From IMG/VR virus record IMGVR_UViG_3300047673_000554, positions 15,598 through 79,597 of that record: 64,000 nt of DNA; one strand, written 5' to 3'. Position numbers and translations under genes: made by a program. The notes beneath the pieces are model-generated. The model did no database searches. It was not told the origin of the DNA and saw nothing but the letters and a program-made list of their open reading frames with translations. This DNA is from a virus. Positions 55,310-64,000 of the stretch are shown in pieces; position 1 is the first letter of the stretch, and every line of letters starts with the position of its first letter.

Positions 55310-57373
55310 ATGCAATACGCCCCCGAACTAAAAGAAGCCGCCAAACGCCTTTATTTGCGCCGCTGCAAGCCGCGTGAAATTCAGGTGCAATTGTCCCTGC
55401 CCAACATCCGGATCATTTACTACTGGATCCGCCAGGGTGAGTGGGACGACATGCTGTCGGATGAAGAACCGCTGACCGCCGTCGGCAGGCGAATCACCCT
55501 CCTCCTGGACAAAGCCACGTCGCTGACCAAGGGCGACCTGGACGAGCTCGATCGACTGACCACCGTTCGTGAACGGCTGCTGAAACAATCGGCGAAGCCG
55601 GCACCGGCGCCGAACGGAGAACCGCCGGCGGACGATGGCCAGCGCCGAGACAATCAACGCAGTGAGCGTCGAGACCGAGGCGATCGCGGCGACAAAGGCG
55701 GGAAGAAGCGAGAGAAGAAAGCCAAGAACGAAGTCGGCGAGCTGACGGAAGTCGACTTTCTCGACAAGTTCATCAGCAAAATGTACGGCTACCAAAAGGA
55801 GTTGTTTGCTGCCAAACAGAATCCGCTGACGAGTCGGATCCGCAACATCCTCAAAAGCCGTCAGGTGGGCCTGACCTACTACTTCGCCGGCGAAGCGTTC
55901 ATGGACGCCGTACTGACCGGCGACAACCAAATTTTCCTGTCGGCCAGCCGCGCCCAGTCCGAGATTTTCCGTAGCTACATCGTCTCGTTCGCCCAGGAGT
56001 GGTTCGGCCTGGAGCTGACCGGCAACCCGATTGTGTTGAGCAAAGACGGCAAGCCATGGGCCGAGCTGCGCTTTCTCAGCACCAACAGCAGCACCGCACA
56101 GGGTCACCATGGCCACGTCTACGTTGACGAATATTTCTGGATCCGCGACTTCGAAAAACTGAACACCGTCGCCAGTGCCATGGCCACGCACAAGAAGTGG
56201 CGTAAGACCTACTTTTCGACGCCCAGCGCCGTGTCGCATCAGGCCTATCCGTTTTGGACCGGCGAGAAATTCCGCAACAGCAAACGCAAGAACGCCAAGG
56301 ATCCGTGGCCCAGTGAGGCCCAAGCGGCGGCGGGTTCGCTGTGTCCGGACGGGCAATGGCGCAAGGTCATTACGATCCTCGACGCCATCACCGGTGGCTG
56401 TGATCTGTTCGACCTCGAGCAGCTGCAGCTGGAGTACGACGAGGACAAATTTCAGCAACTGTTCATGTGCAAGTTCATCGACAGCACACAAAGCGCTTTT
56501 TCCCTGGCAGACCTGGAACGCTGCTACTCCGACCAGTCATTGTGGACCGACTACGATCCCGACGACCCGCGTCCGTTTGGCAACAGCCCGGTCTGGATCG
56601 GCTACGACCCGAGCCGCACCCGCGACGATGCCAGTTGCGTGGTCATTGCCCCGCCGCTCGAGAACGGCGGCAAGTTCCGGATTCTGGAAAAGCACAGCTG
56701 GCGGGGGCAGTCGTTCAAGTACCAGGCCGAGCAGGTCAAGAAACTCACCGAGCGCTTCAACGTGCAGCACATCGGCATCGACACCACCGGTATCGGTTAC
56801 GGCGTGTTCGACCTGGTGCGCGACTTCTACCCTCGTGCGACTTCGATCCACTACAGCCTTGAGACCAAAAACACCCTGGTGCTCAAGGCGCAGGACACGA
56901 TCCAAGGCAGCCGTATCGAGTGGGACGCCGGCTGGAACGATATCGCTCAGGCTTTCCTGACGATCAAGCGCGGCACCACCGGCGGTGGTCAAGTGACCTA
57001 CAGCGCATCGCGCACCGACGCCTCAGGCCACGCCGACATTGCCTGGGCGATCATGCACGCCCTCGCCCATGAACCCCTCAACACCAACAAACAGCGGCGC
57101 AGCCGCTACACCTTCAGCGGATCAAGCACCCATGGGCAAACCAGCAAAAAATCAGCAGCTACCACCGGTAACCGGTCCGATGCGGGCCTTTTCATTCGGT
57201 GCGCCGGAACAGGTGCTATCCGAAAACATCGGGCATTACCTGGGCGTGTTCGCCACCCACGACGGGCGAACCTACACGCCGCCAGTGTCGCGCCAAGGCC
57301 TGGCCAAATTGCTGCGCGCCAACGCGCATCACGGCGCCATTCCGGGATTCAAACGCAACCTGTTGCTGCGTGA
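55310..57373 (+). CDS. Terminase ATPase subunit (P2 gpP-like)
   Basis: LKSRQVG, YVDEYFW, GYDPSR, HADIAWA. Confidence 0.93.
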   Translation: MQYAPELKEAAKRLYLRRCKPREIQVQLSLPNIRIIYYWIRQGEWDDMLSDEEPLTAVGRRITLLLDKATSLTKGDLDELDRLTTVRERLLKQSAKPAPAPNGEPPADDGQRRDNQRSERRDRGDRGDKGGKKREKKAKNEVGELTEVDFLDKFISKMYGYQKELFAAKQNPLTSRIRNILKSRQVGLTYYFAGEAFMDAVLTGDNQIFLSASRAQSEIFRSYIVSFAQEWFGLELTGNPIVLSKDGKPWAELRFLSTNSSTAQGHHGHVYVDEYFWIRDFEKLNTVASAMATHKKWRKTYFSTPSAVSHQAYPFWTGEKFRNSKRKNAKDPWPSEAQAAAGSLCPDGQWRKVITILDAITGGCDLFDLEQLQLEYDEDKFQQLFMCKFIDSTQSAFSLADLERCYSDQSLWTDYDPDDPRPFGNSPVWIGYDPSRTRDDASCVVIAPPLENGGKFRILEKHSWRGQSFKYQAEQVKKLTERFNVQHIGIDTTGIGYGVFDLVRDFYPRATSIHYSLETKNTLVLKAQDTIQGSRIEWDAGWNDIAQAFLTIKRGTTGGGQVTYSASRTDASGHADIAWAIMHALAHEPLNTNKQRRSRYTFSGSSTHGQTSKKSAATTGNRSDAGLFIRCAGTGAIRKHRALPGRVRHPRRANLHAASVAPRPGQIAARQRASRRHSGIQTQPVAA

Positions 57374-58151
57374 GTTCGTATCGTCCAAAGGCTGCTCGAT
57401 CAAAACCATGAGCTGTGCAGCGCTGGATTTTATGGTGTTCGGCGAGGCGTATTTCCGCCGTAACCGCAATGCCTTCGGCCAGGTGCTCGAGATGGATCAC
57501 CTACCGGCGATCAATATGCGGGTGAAGGTCGGCGGCGGATTTGTGATGCTGCAGAAAGACGGCAAGGAGCTGGAGTTCGGCGAGGACGAGGTTGAGCACG
57601 TCATGAACTACGACGTGGAGCAAAACATCTACGGCGTGCCCGAATACTTGGGCGGCATGCAGGCGCTGCTGCTCAATGAGGCCGCTACCCTCTTTCGCCG
57701 GCGCTACTACAGCAACGGCGCCCACGCAGGCTACATCTTCTATACCAACGACCCGAACCTGACCGAGGAAGACGAAATATCGCTGCGCGATCAGATAAGT
57801 GCGAGCAAGGGTGTGGGTAACTTTCGATCGCTGTTCGTGAACATCCCGGGCGGTACCGAGAAAGCGATTCAGATTATCCCGGTGGGTGACTTCCAGGCCA
57901 AAGACGAGTTGGAGAAGGTCAAGAACATTACGCGTAACGACGTGATCGCCGCCTGGCGGATGAACCCAGCATTGGCGGGCATCATTCCGGAAAACAACGC
58001 GGGTTTTGGTGATATCGAGAAGATCGATCGGGTGTACACCAGCAACGAGATTCGTCCGATCTGCCAGTTGTTCAACCAGCTGAATGATTCGCTACGCGAA
58101 GACAGGCGATTCACCTGGAAAACCCCAAATGACGTAGTTGTTTCAACTTAG
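57132..58151 (+). CDS. Portal protein (P2 gpQ/PBSX family)
   Basis: QNIYGVPEY, LLNEAATLFRRRYYSNGAHAG, GFGD. Confidence 0.94.
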   Translation: MGKPAKNQQLPPVTGPMRAFSFGAPEQVLSENIGHYLGVFATHDGRTYTPPVSRQGLAKLLRANAHHGAIPGFKRNLLLREFVSSKGCSIKTMSCAALDFMVFGEAYFRRNRNAFGQVLEMDHLPAINMRVKVGGGFVMLQKDGKELEFGEDEVEHVMNYDVEQNIYGVPEYLGGMQALLLNEAATLFRRRYYSNGAHAGYIFYTNDPNLTEEDEISLRDQISASKGVGNFRSLFVNIPGGTEKAIQIIPVGDFQAKDELEKVKNITRNDVIAAWRMNPALAGIIPENNAGFGDIEKIDRVYTSNEIRPICQLFNQLNDSLREDRRFTWKTPNDVVVST

Positions 58152-58228
58152 TAAAATCGATATACAAGAGATTACCACTGCGCACTATGGCAAAATGGCG
58201 GTAATTGGATGCCCTGGGGAGGGACACA

Positions 58229-58486
58229 ATGCGAGTTGAATGCAAGTGCGGACACCGAGGACGGATCGCTTCAAGAGAGAAGTTTTCCGTGGATTTCGTG
58301 AAGTTGTACTGCCAGTGCCTGGATGCAAAGTGCGGGCACACATGGGTTGCGGAATTGACGTTTTCCCACACGCTGAGCCCGTCGGCTCAGTCATACGAAA
58401 GGATGTTGCTCGATCGCTTGAAAGAGATGCCCAAGGCAAAACAGCGCGAGCTATTTGAGAAGTTGGGAACACAGGCAGTGGCGTGA
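58229..58486 (+). CDS. ogr: Ogr/Delta-like zinc-finger late activator
   Basis: CKCG...LYCQC....CGHTW...HTLSPS. Confidence 0.85.
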   Translation: MRVECKCGHRGRIASREKFSVDFVKLYCQCLDAKCGHTWVAELTFSHTLSPSAQSYERMLLDRLKEMPKAKQRELFEKLGTQAVA

Positions 58487-58547
58487 GCTGTAAACCGCCG
58501 ACCCCGAAGGCGTCGGCGATCAGCTACACAAAAGACTGCTTAAGCAA

Positions 58548-58736
58548 TCAAGAGCTCTTGCCTGTCTCTGTTGGATTGATGGCAAGCACCTCGGAAAGCC
58601 GACGGATCTGAGCTCTCTCCTTGTCACTCAATGCCCGGTAAAGATCAATGAGGCGGCGTTCCACATTGCTTAGGCTTTGCCATTCGAAGTCGACAAACCC
58701 AACGTAAACGGGCTCTTTCTTGATGCGATCCAACAT
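58548..58736 (-). CDS. Small protein resembling the repressor C-terminal domain
   Basis: GGAG SD; ERRLIDLYRALSDKERAQIRR. Confidence 0.7.
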   Translation of the reverse strand: MLDRIKKEPVYVGFVDFEWQSLSNVERRLIDLYRALSDKERAQIRRLSEVLAINPTETGKSS

Positions 58737-58835
58737 GCGTACTACTCCATAAAATGCATTGCTGAACCGTAATCGGGGCGGTTGCACACATTGAAATGGA
58801 GCTCGCAGAAAACAACCTAAACGAATTGTTACAAG

Positions 58836-59183
58836 TTAAATCAGCTGGCGAGCAGCGTCATCCGCCATCGCTTGAAGAAAACGGCGGATCGCCGCTTGAT
58901 CCTCTTCCGTAATACTCCGGAACTGATTTATCAGCTCCTCCTCGTCCGCTGAAAACAGTTGGCCAAGTGGCGTGCAACGACGGCCTGTCAGTACAAACGC
59001 CGCGTCGGCACCGTGTTCCTCAAGAGCCGAAACATAGCGAAGGTCGAGCGAGTTCGCTCCCTGCTCGTAGTTCTTTTGCGTTCCCCGACTTACACCTAAA
59101 AGAGCTCCAAACTCTGTTTGATTCAAACCTAAGCGCTCGCGCTCTTCCTTTAGGCGTTCACCTACACCATCCGCTATGAGCAT
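58836..59183 (-). CDS. XRE-family immunity repressor
   Basis: GERLKEERERLGLNQTEFG...TQKNYEQG. Confidence 0.9.
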   Translation of the reverse strand: MLIADGVGERLKEERERLGLNQTEFGALLGVSRGTQKNYEQGANSLDLRYVSALEEHGADAAFVLTGRRCTPLGQLFSADEEELINQFRSITEEDQAAIRRFLQAMADDAARQLI

Positions 59184-59200
59184 TTTTTTATTCACCGCCA

Positions 59201-59229
59201 TTGACTTGATCAAATTTTTGACCAAGAAT
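59201..59229 (+). promoter_or_regulatory. Early promoter with operator dyad
   Basis: TTGACT-17 bp-AAGAAT with TTGATCAAA-TT-TTTGACCAA dyad in the spacer. Confidence 0.6.
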
Positions 59230-59275
59230 CACCACAGACAAACACAAGTAAACACAATCGAACAGAGTGCGCACT

Positions 59276-59476
59276 ATGCCCGCCACCGTTACACCCGAGC
59301 AAGCCCGAGAGGCGTTGGATCGCAAAGGTATGAGTATTGCGGAGTTCAGCCGGAAAAACGGATTGAACAAAAATTTAGTCAGCGACCTGTTGAACGGTCG
59401 GATCAAAGGTCGCCGTGGGGAGGCACATCGCGCCGCCGTGCTGCTCAAAATCAAAGACGGCGTTATTGAACAGTAA
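59276..59476 (+). CDS. Cro/Ner-like DNA-binding protein
   Basis: GMSIAEFSRKNG...RGEAHRAAVLL. Confidence 0.8.
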   Translation: MPATVTPEQAREALDRKGMSIAEFSRKNGLNKNLVSDLLNGRIKGRRGEAHRAAVLLKIKDGVIEQ

Positions 59477-59505
59477 CGGCCGTGATCAACAGGGAAAAGT
59501 AGAAA

Positions 59506-59985
59506 ATGAAAAGCCCGGTTCTAGAAACACGCAAGGACGCCATGAGCAAAATTATTCGCAGCTACCCTGGTGGACGTGAAGGCGCAGCAGCTCGCTTAGA
59601 TATGAAGGTCAAAAAATTCGACAACCACGCCTATGAAAACGCGGGGTGCAGTCCGCTCAGTGATGCCCAGATTTTCACGCTGGAACAAGTAAGCGGCACC
59701 AGCCACCTCCCAAACTATGTTGCACAAATGTACGGCGGTCTGTTTGTCCCGGTCGTCGACCCAGAAACGTTGGATAACGTCGAGCTGTACGCCCGATCAG
59801 TTCAGGTTTCGGCAAAGCGTGGATGTGTTGACCAAGCGATTGCCCAAGCATTGGAAGACGGCGCTATCAGTGCAGAAGAAGCGGAAATAATCCTAAACGC
59901 TCACAACGTCCACATGGCCGCACGTCACGCCGAAGTGCTGGCAGCCATCGACCTATACCGTGCCAATCCGGGGAAAAAACAATGA
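59506..59985 (+). CDS. CII/YmfL-like regulatory protein
   Basis: YPGGREGAAARL...ALEDGAIS..E. Confidence 0.72.
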   Translation: MKSPVLETRKDAMSKIIRSYPGGREGAAARLDMKVKKFDNHAYENAGCSPLSDAQIFTLEQVSGTSHLPNYVAQMYGGLFVPVVDPETLDNVELYARSVQVSAKRGCVDQAIAQALEDGAISAEEAEIILNAHNVHMAARHAEVLAAIDLYRANPGKKQ

Positions 59986-60347
59986 ACACTCCGCCGCCGG
60001 TACAGGAATATCAGGACAGCCTCAAAGCCGCTGCACTTGTGTTCCTGGAACGTCACCAATGTGAACATCTGGGCGACGATCAGCAGTTGTTCGATCGAGC
60101 TGTGCATCACCTGATAACTGACTATGACGTGCTGACGACAACCGCTGAGAAGATGGTGCATTTGGCCAGTTCCGATATGTCAGCAATTCGCGATCGGCAG
60201 CGATTGGACATCGTCAGCAGCACGGCGACACACACCGTCATTATGGACCCTGCCACAGGTAACGCATGGGCAGTTCCGGTCAGCCTGATCTACGAACGAA
60301 TTCTCAACGCACCGGACAACGGTCGTTTCCGCGTAACCGCTTCCTAA
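59982..60347 (+). CDS. Hypothetical early protein
   Basis: ATGA coupling. Confidence 0.65.
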   Translation: MNTPPPVQEYQDSLKAAALVFLERHQCEHLGDDQQLFDRAVHHLITDYDVLTTTAEKMVHLASSDMSAIRDRQRLDIVSSTATHTVIMDPATGNAWAVPVSLIYERILNAPDNGRFRVTAS

Positions 60348-60413
60348 CACCCAACCAATAATCCGCCTGTCCCACCCCCATGGGTTTGGGTGAGCTGCGC
60401 CCGAAATTGAGGT

Positions 60414-60665
60414 TTGACGATGAAAAACGCCATGAACATCAACGCAAAACTGACTCCCGATCAGGCGAAAGCGCTCTTGGCCAGCCTACGCGAGCAATAT
60501 CGTCTCAGCTTCAACGACCTTTGGTATGCAGACCAGTACCGCCTGATTCCCGATGGTTTACGCCACGGATCGATCCTTGCCAACAGCCCTGTGATGGCCG
60601 CTCAAAAACACTTGATCGGCGCCCTCACCCATAGCCTCGGCCTCAGCCTGAAAGCAGTGAAATAA
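60414..60665 (+). CDS. Hypothetical early protein
   Basis: ORF immediately before replicase. Confidence 0.6.
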   Translation: MTMKNAMNINAKLTPDQAKALLASLREQYRLSFNDLWYADQYRLIPDGLRHGSILANSPVMAAQKHLIGALTHSLGLSLKAVK

Positions 60666-60667
60666 CC

Positions 60668-63361
60668 ATGAGAGACGATCTGCGTCACGACGTCCTGCAA
60701 CGCATTGAGTCCGAATTCGGTCTTAAACATCGCGTCCCCACCAACTACATGCGTGGTGGAGTCTGCCCCAAGTGCAACAAAAAAGAGCTGTACACCCGCT
60801 TCGACAGTCCGTGGCAGCTAATCTGTGGACGCCAAGAAAAGTGCGGCCACACAGTGCATGTGAAAGAGATCTACGACGACCTTTTTGAAGACTGGAGCAA
60901 GCGCGTACCCGCCACAGAGAGCGCCCCTACAGCGACTGCACGGGCATACCTTGAGTTTGCCCGTGGATTCGATATTTCACTGATCGCTGGTTGGTTTACA
61001 CAGGATACGTACTACTCGACCCAACATGATGCTGGAACCGCGACGGTGCGATTCGCCCTAGAGAAAGGCGGATACTGGGAACGCTTGATCGACCGGCCTG
61101 CGCGCTTCGGCAAGATGAAAGCCCGGTTCAAACCGGGTGACTCCTATAAAGGCGTGTGGTGGTGCCCGCCGTGCGTCGATGTGCTCGAGGCGAAAGAGAT
61201 CTGGATTGTCGAGGGGATCTTCGACGCGCTCGCCCTGGTACACCACAACATTGCCGCCGTATCGGCAATGTCCTCAAACGCGTTCCCATCAGTATCGTTG
61301 GAAGCACTTGTAGCGGCTCGCCCAGGCAACCTGCCAAAGCTTGTTTGGGCGCTGGATAACGAACCTGGTGCACACGCTTACACCAAGCGCTGGGTCCGTA
61401 TGGCCCGTGAACTGGGATTCACCTGCGAAGCAGCCCAAATCCCTCAGCGGGATAACAAGAAGGTCGACTGGAACGATCTGCACCAGCGTTGGCAGTTCCT
61501 GGATGAAGGCGAGAAGCGCGATGCTCAGGTTGACAAAGACGTCACCACTGCGCGGCATTACGGCGCCCTGCTGATCGCTGAGAACGCCACCGAGAAAGCC
61601 CTGGTGATGTTTGATTGGAAACGCCGCAGCGAATTCCACTTGGAGTTCGGCAATCGCCTGTACTGGTTCAAGCTCGACTTGGAGAAGTACAACAAAGCGA
61701 TTCAGGAACTCGAGGACAGCGATCACCACGACGACCAACAGCTGAACAACAAACAAATGCGGGCCAAGGCTATGCAGCAGTGCGGCGCGCTGCAGCGCAT
61801 AGCTACCTGTAATCCGAAGGCCCTGTACTACCAGGAAAACAAACTCACCGACGAGTCCTGGTACTACTTCCGGATCACGTTCGCCCACGATGCTGCACCG
61901 ATCAAGAACACCTTCACCAGCTCGCAGATCGCCTCCTCTGCAGAGTTCAAAAAGCGCCTGCTGGGCATTGCCCCGGGCGGGATGTTTACTGGTACCACCC
62001 AGCAGCTGGACGCCTTCATTGAGGAGCAAACCGACGCACTCAAAACCGTTCAGACCATTGATTTCACAGGCTACACCCGTGAGCACAGCGCGTACGTCTA
62101 CGGTGACGTGGCGGTGCGCGATGGGAAAGTGTTCAAGCTCAACGAAGAGGACTTTTTCGACATGGACCGGCTGAGCATCAAGACCCTGAGCCAGTCGGTG
62201 ATCCTCAACCTGAACACGGAGCTTGAGAAATTCGACACCGAGTGGCTAGACATTATCTGGCAATGCTTCGGTGCTAAGGGCCTGGTCGCACTCGCATTCT
62301 GGTTCGGCTCGCTGTTCGCCGAGCAGATCCGGCAGCACCAGAAAAGCTACCCCTTTATGGAGATCATCGGTGAGCCAGGCGCCGGTAAGTCCACGCTGAT
62401 CGAGTTCCTATGGAAGCTCTGCGGTCGTATCGACTACGAGGGTTTCGACCCTACCAAGGGCACTCCAGTTGCTCGAGCACGTAACTTCGCCCAGGTCGGC
62501 AATTTGCCGGTGGTGCTGATCGAATCAGAGCGGGAAAAAACCGATGGTAGCCAAACAAAACAGTACGACTGGGACGAATTGAAAACCGCCTACAACGGCC
62601 GCAGCGTGCGCTCCACCGGTGTGAAGAATAACGGCAACGACACCCGCGAGCCTCCTTTCCGTGGTGCTGTGGTCATTGGACAGAACCATGCGGTGAACGC
62701 TTCCGAACCCATTCTGCAACGCCTGGTGCACATCGCAATGACGAAAGACGGGCAGACGCCACAAACCAAATTGCTAGTGGAAAAGCTCGAGCGTATGCCC
62801 GTCGACCGCGTCAGCGGCTTCCTGGTCAAGGCAACTATGATGGAAAGCAAGGTGATGGAGACCGTCCGCGAAAAGGGGCCCAAATACGAACAGCAGCTGC
62901 TGGCCCTGCCCGAGATTCGCACAGTGCGGATCGCGAAGAATCACGCCCAACTGCACGCCCTAGTCGATGCCCTGGTGCACGTTGTCCCGCTGAAAAAGCA
63001 CCAGGTGGACGCAGCCCACGACGAGATCCAGAGCATGGCCAAGGAGCGCCAGCTGGCGATCAACGCTGATCACCCCATCGTCGTCGAGTTCTGGGAGCTA
63101 TACGAGTACCTGAACAGCACTGCAGGTGGACTTAACCATTCGCGCAATGACGGCCTGATCGCAGTGAACCTCAACGACTTCGCTAAGGAAGCCGCAGAGA
63201 AACGCCAGAAGGTCCCAGACCTGACTGAGCTCAAGCGCCACCTCAAAACCAGCAAGTGTCCCAAGTTCGTGGAGACCAACCGAAACGTCTGCTCGGCATG
63301 GGATACCGATGCCGCCAACAAACCGAAAACCGTGCGGTGTTGGATTTTCCAAGCTGCGTGA
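60668..63361 (+). CDS. Zn-finger/Toprim primase-helicase replicase
   Basis: CPKC..CGR..KC, VEGIFDA..ALDNE..DWND, GEPGAGKST. Confidence 0.9.
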   Translation: MRDDLRHDVLQRIESEFGLKHRVPTNYMRGGVCPKCNKKELYTRFDSPWQLICGRQEKCGHTVHVKEIYDDLFEDWSKRVPATESAPTATARAYLEFARGFDISLIAGWFTQDTYYSTQHDAGTATVRFALEKGGYWERLIDRPARFGKMKARFKPGDSYKGVWWCPPCVDVLEAKEIWIVEGIFDALALVHHNIAAVSAMSSNAFPSVSLEALVAARPGNLPKLVWALDNEPGAHAYTKRWVRMARELGFTCEAAQIPQRDNKKVDWNDLHQRWQFLDEGEKRDAQVDKDVTTARHYGALLIAENATEKALVMFDWKRRSEFHLEFGNRLYWFKLDLEKYNKAIQELEDSDHHDDQQLNNKQMRAKAMQQCGALQRIATCNPKALYYQENKLTDESWYYFRITFAHDAAPIKNTFTSSQIASSAEFKKRLLGIAPGGMFTGTTQQLDAFIEEQTDALKTVQTIDFTGYTREHSAYVYGDVAVRDGKVFKLNEEDFFDMDRLSIKTLSQSVILNLNTELEKFDTEWLDIIWQCFGAKGLVALAFWFGSLFAEQIRQHQKSYPFMEIIGEPGAGKSTLIEFLWKLCGRIDYEGFDPTKGTPVARARNFAQVGNLPVVLIESEREKTDGSQTKQYDWDELKTAYNGRSVRSTGVKNNGNDTREPPFRGAVVIGQNHAVNASEPILQRLVHIAMTKDGQTPQTKLLVEKLERMPVDRVSGFLVKATMMESKVMETVREKGPKYEQQLLALPEIRTVRIAKNHAQLHALVDALVHVVPLKKHQVDAAHDEIQSMAKERQLAINADHPIVVEFWELYEYLNSTAGGLNHSRNDGLIAVNLNDFAKEAAEKRQKVPDLTELKRHLKTSKCPKFVETNRNVCSAWDTDAANKPKTVRCWIFQAA

Positions 63362-63461
63362 TAACCAAGCACCAGAAACAGAGGCCGGTGAAAGCCGGTA
63401 ATGAGAGCGGTGCCGAGGAGTTGCAGCTCCTCGACACCAACCACCACTTGAGGGCAATACC

Positions 63462-63728
63462 GTGCAAGCACAGAACCCAAGCAGCAGCGAGCCAAACGCT
63501 AACACATCGAGCAATGACGGAGCCCAGTCGAGAAGACATTTAATGGCGATCCGGATTGTTGGTACAGCGTTGTTTGAGTACCAGATACGGAAGTCAGCTG
63601 ATTCACGGATCCGCCTTGAATGCCTAACCACTATGGCCCAGGTACTTGGAGATATAAGCGCCCGAGAGGCCGCTGTTGTTGCCCAACTGCTGACCACACC
63701 AACTTCCGCAGTAGGAGCAACACTATGA
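63462..63728 (+). CDS. Hypothetical protein
   Basis: GAGG SD, GTG start, ATGA coupling to next gene. Confidence 0.6.
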   Translation: MQAQNPSSSEPNANTSSNDGAQSRRHLMAIRIVGTALFEYQIRKSADSRIRLECLTTMAQVLGDISAREAAVVAQLLTTPTSAVGATL

Positions 63729-64000
63729 AAACGCTGTTTGTCCTAATGGCCCAATACGATGGTCAGGTTGTGATTCCCTTAGATCGAATTTGTAGGGACT
63801 ATTTCACCCACCTCACCACGGATATGTTTCAGCGCAAGGTCGGTGCCGGACAAATAAAAATCCCCATTACGCGCATGGAGCCGAGCCAAAAGAGCGCAAA
63901 GGGAATTCATATCACCGACCTGTCCGAGTACCTGGACGCTCAACGCGCCGCGGCCCTCAAAGAAAGCAATCAGTTAAACAGCGCGCCACGCAGTAGCTGA
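63725..64000 (+). CDS. PrtN-family protein
   Basis: MKTLFVLMAQYDGQVVIPLDRIC..SQKSAKGIH..DL..YLD, clear paralogue of 25212-25481. Confidence 0.85.
   Translation: MKTLFVLMAQYDGQVVIPLDRICRDYFTHLTTDMFQRKVGAGQIKIPITRMEPSQKSAKGIHITDLSEYLDAQRAAALKESNQLNSAPRSS

Larger units (their letters stand above)
30970..64000. mobile_element. Prophage 2, HP1/K139-like P2-family phage; left boundary uncertain (28.4-31 kb), right end outside window
   Basis: O-N-M-L-R-S-sheath-tube-lysis-TMP-baseplate order, divergent P-Q, ogr, repressor, Toprim replicase. Confidence 0.9.

Overview
Pseudomonas-like DNA holding two prophages in tandem, both cut by the window edges. Prophage 1 (1 to ~28380) has a lambda-type head (GpA terminase, lambda portal, ClpP protease, gpD, gpE) and a P2-type contractile tail. 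It also has a Toprim-VapE replicase, a cI/cro switch and a dusA-associated tyrosine integrase with its replacement dusA 5' end. Prophage 2 (~31000/35000 to beyond 64000) is an HP1/K139-like P2-family phage. Five AT-rich or foreign cargo loci look like anti-phage systems: (1) an Hna-like SF2 helicase-nuclease between OR and OL; (2) a soluble 314-aa plus 4-TM gene pair next to the integrase (RexAB/Kiwa-like layout); (3) a NACHT NTPase; (4) a HEPN/DUF4145 gene followed by an integron attC site; (5) a 573-aa protein joining a PD-(D/E)xK nuclease to an elongation-factor-like beta-barrel, which I cannot assign to any described system. The 28.2-35.1 kb junction is a mosaic of recombination and replication signals: dusA att core with arm repeats on both sides, a LexA box, a tRNA-Gly 3' half with extended dyad, an iteron array, attC and a cos-like site. 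All product calls come from motif reading and gene order; no database search was run.
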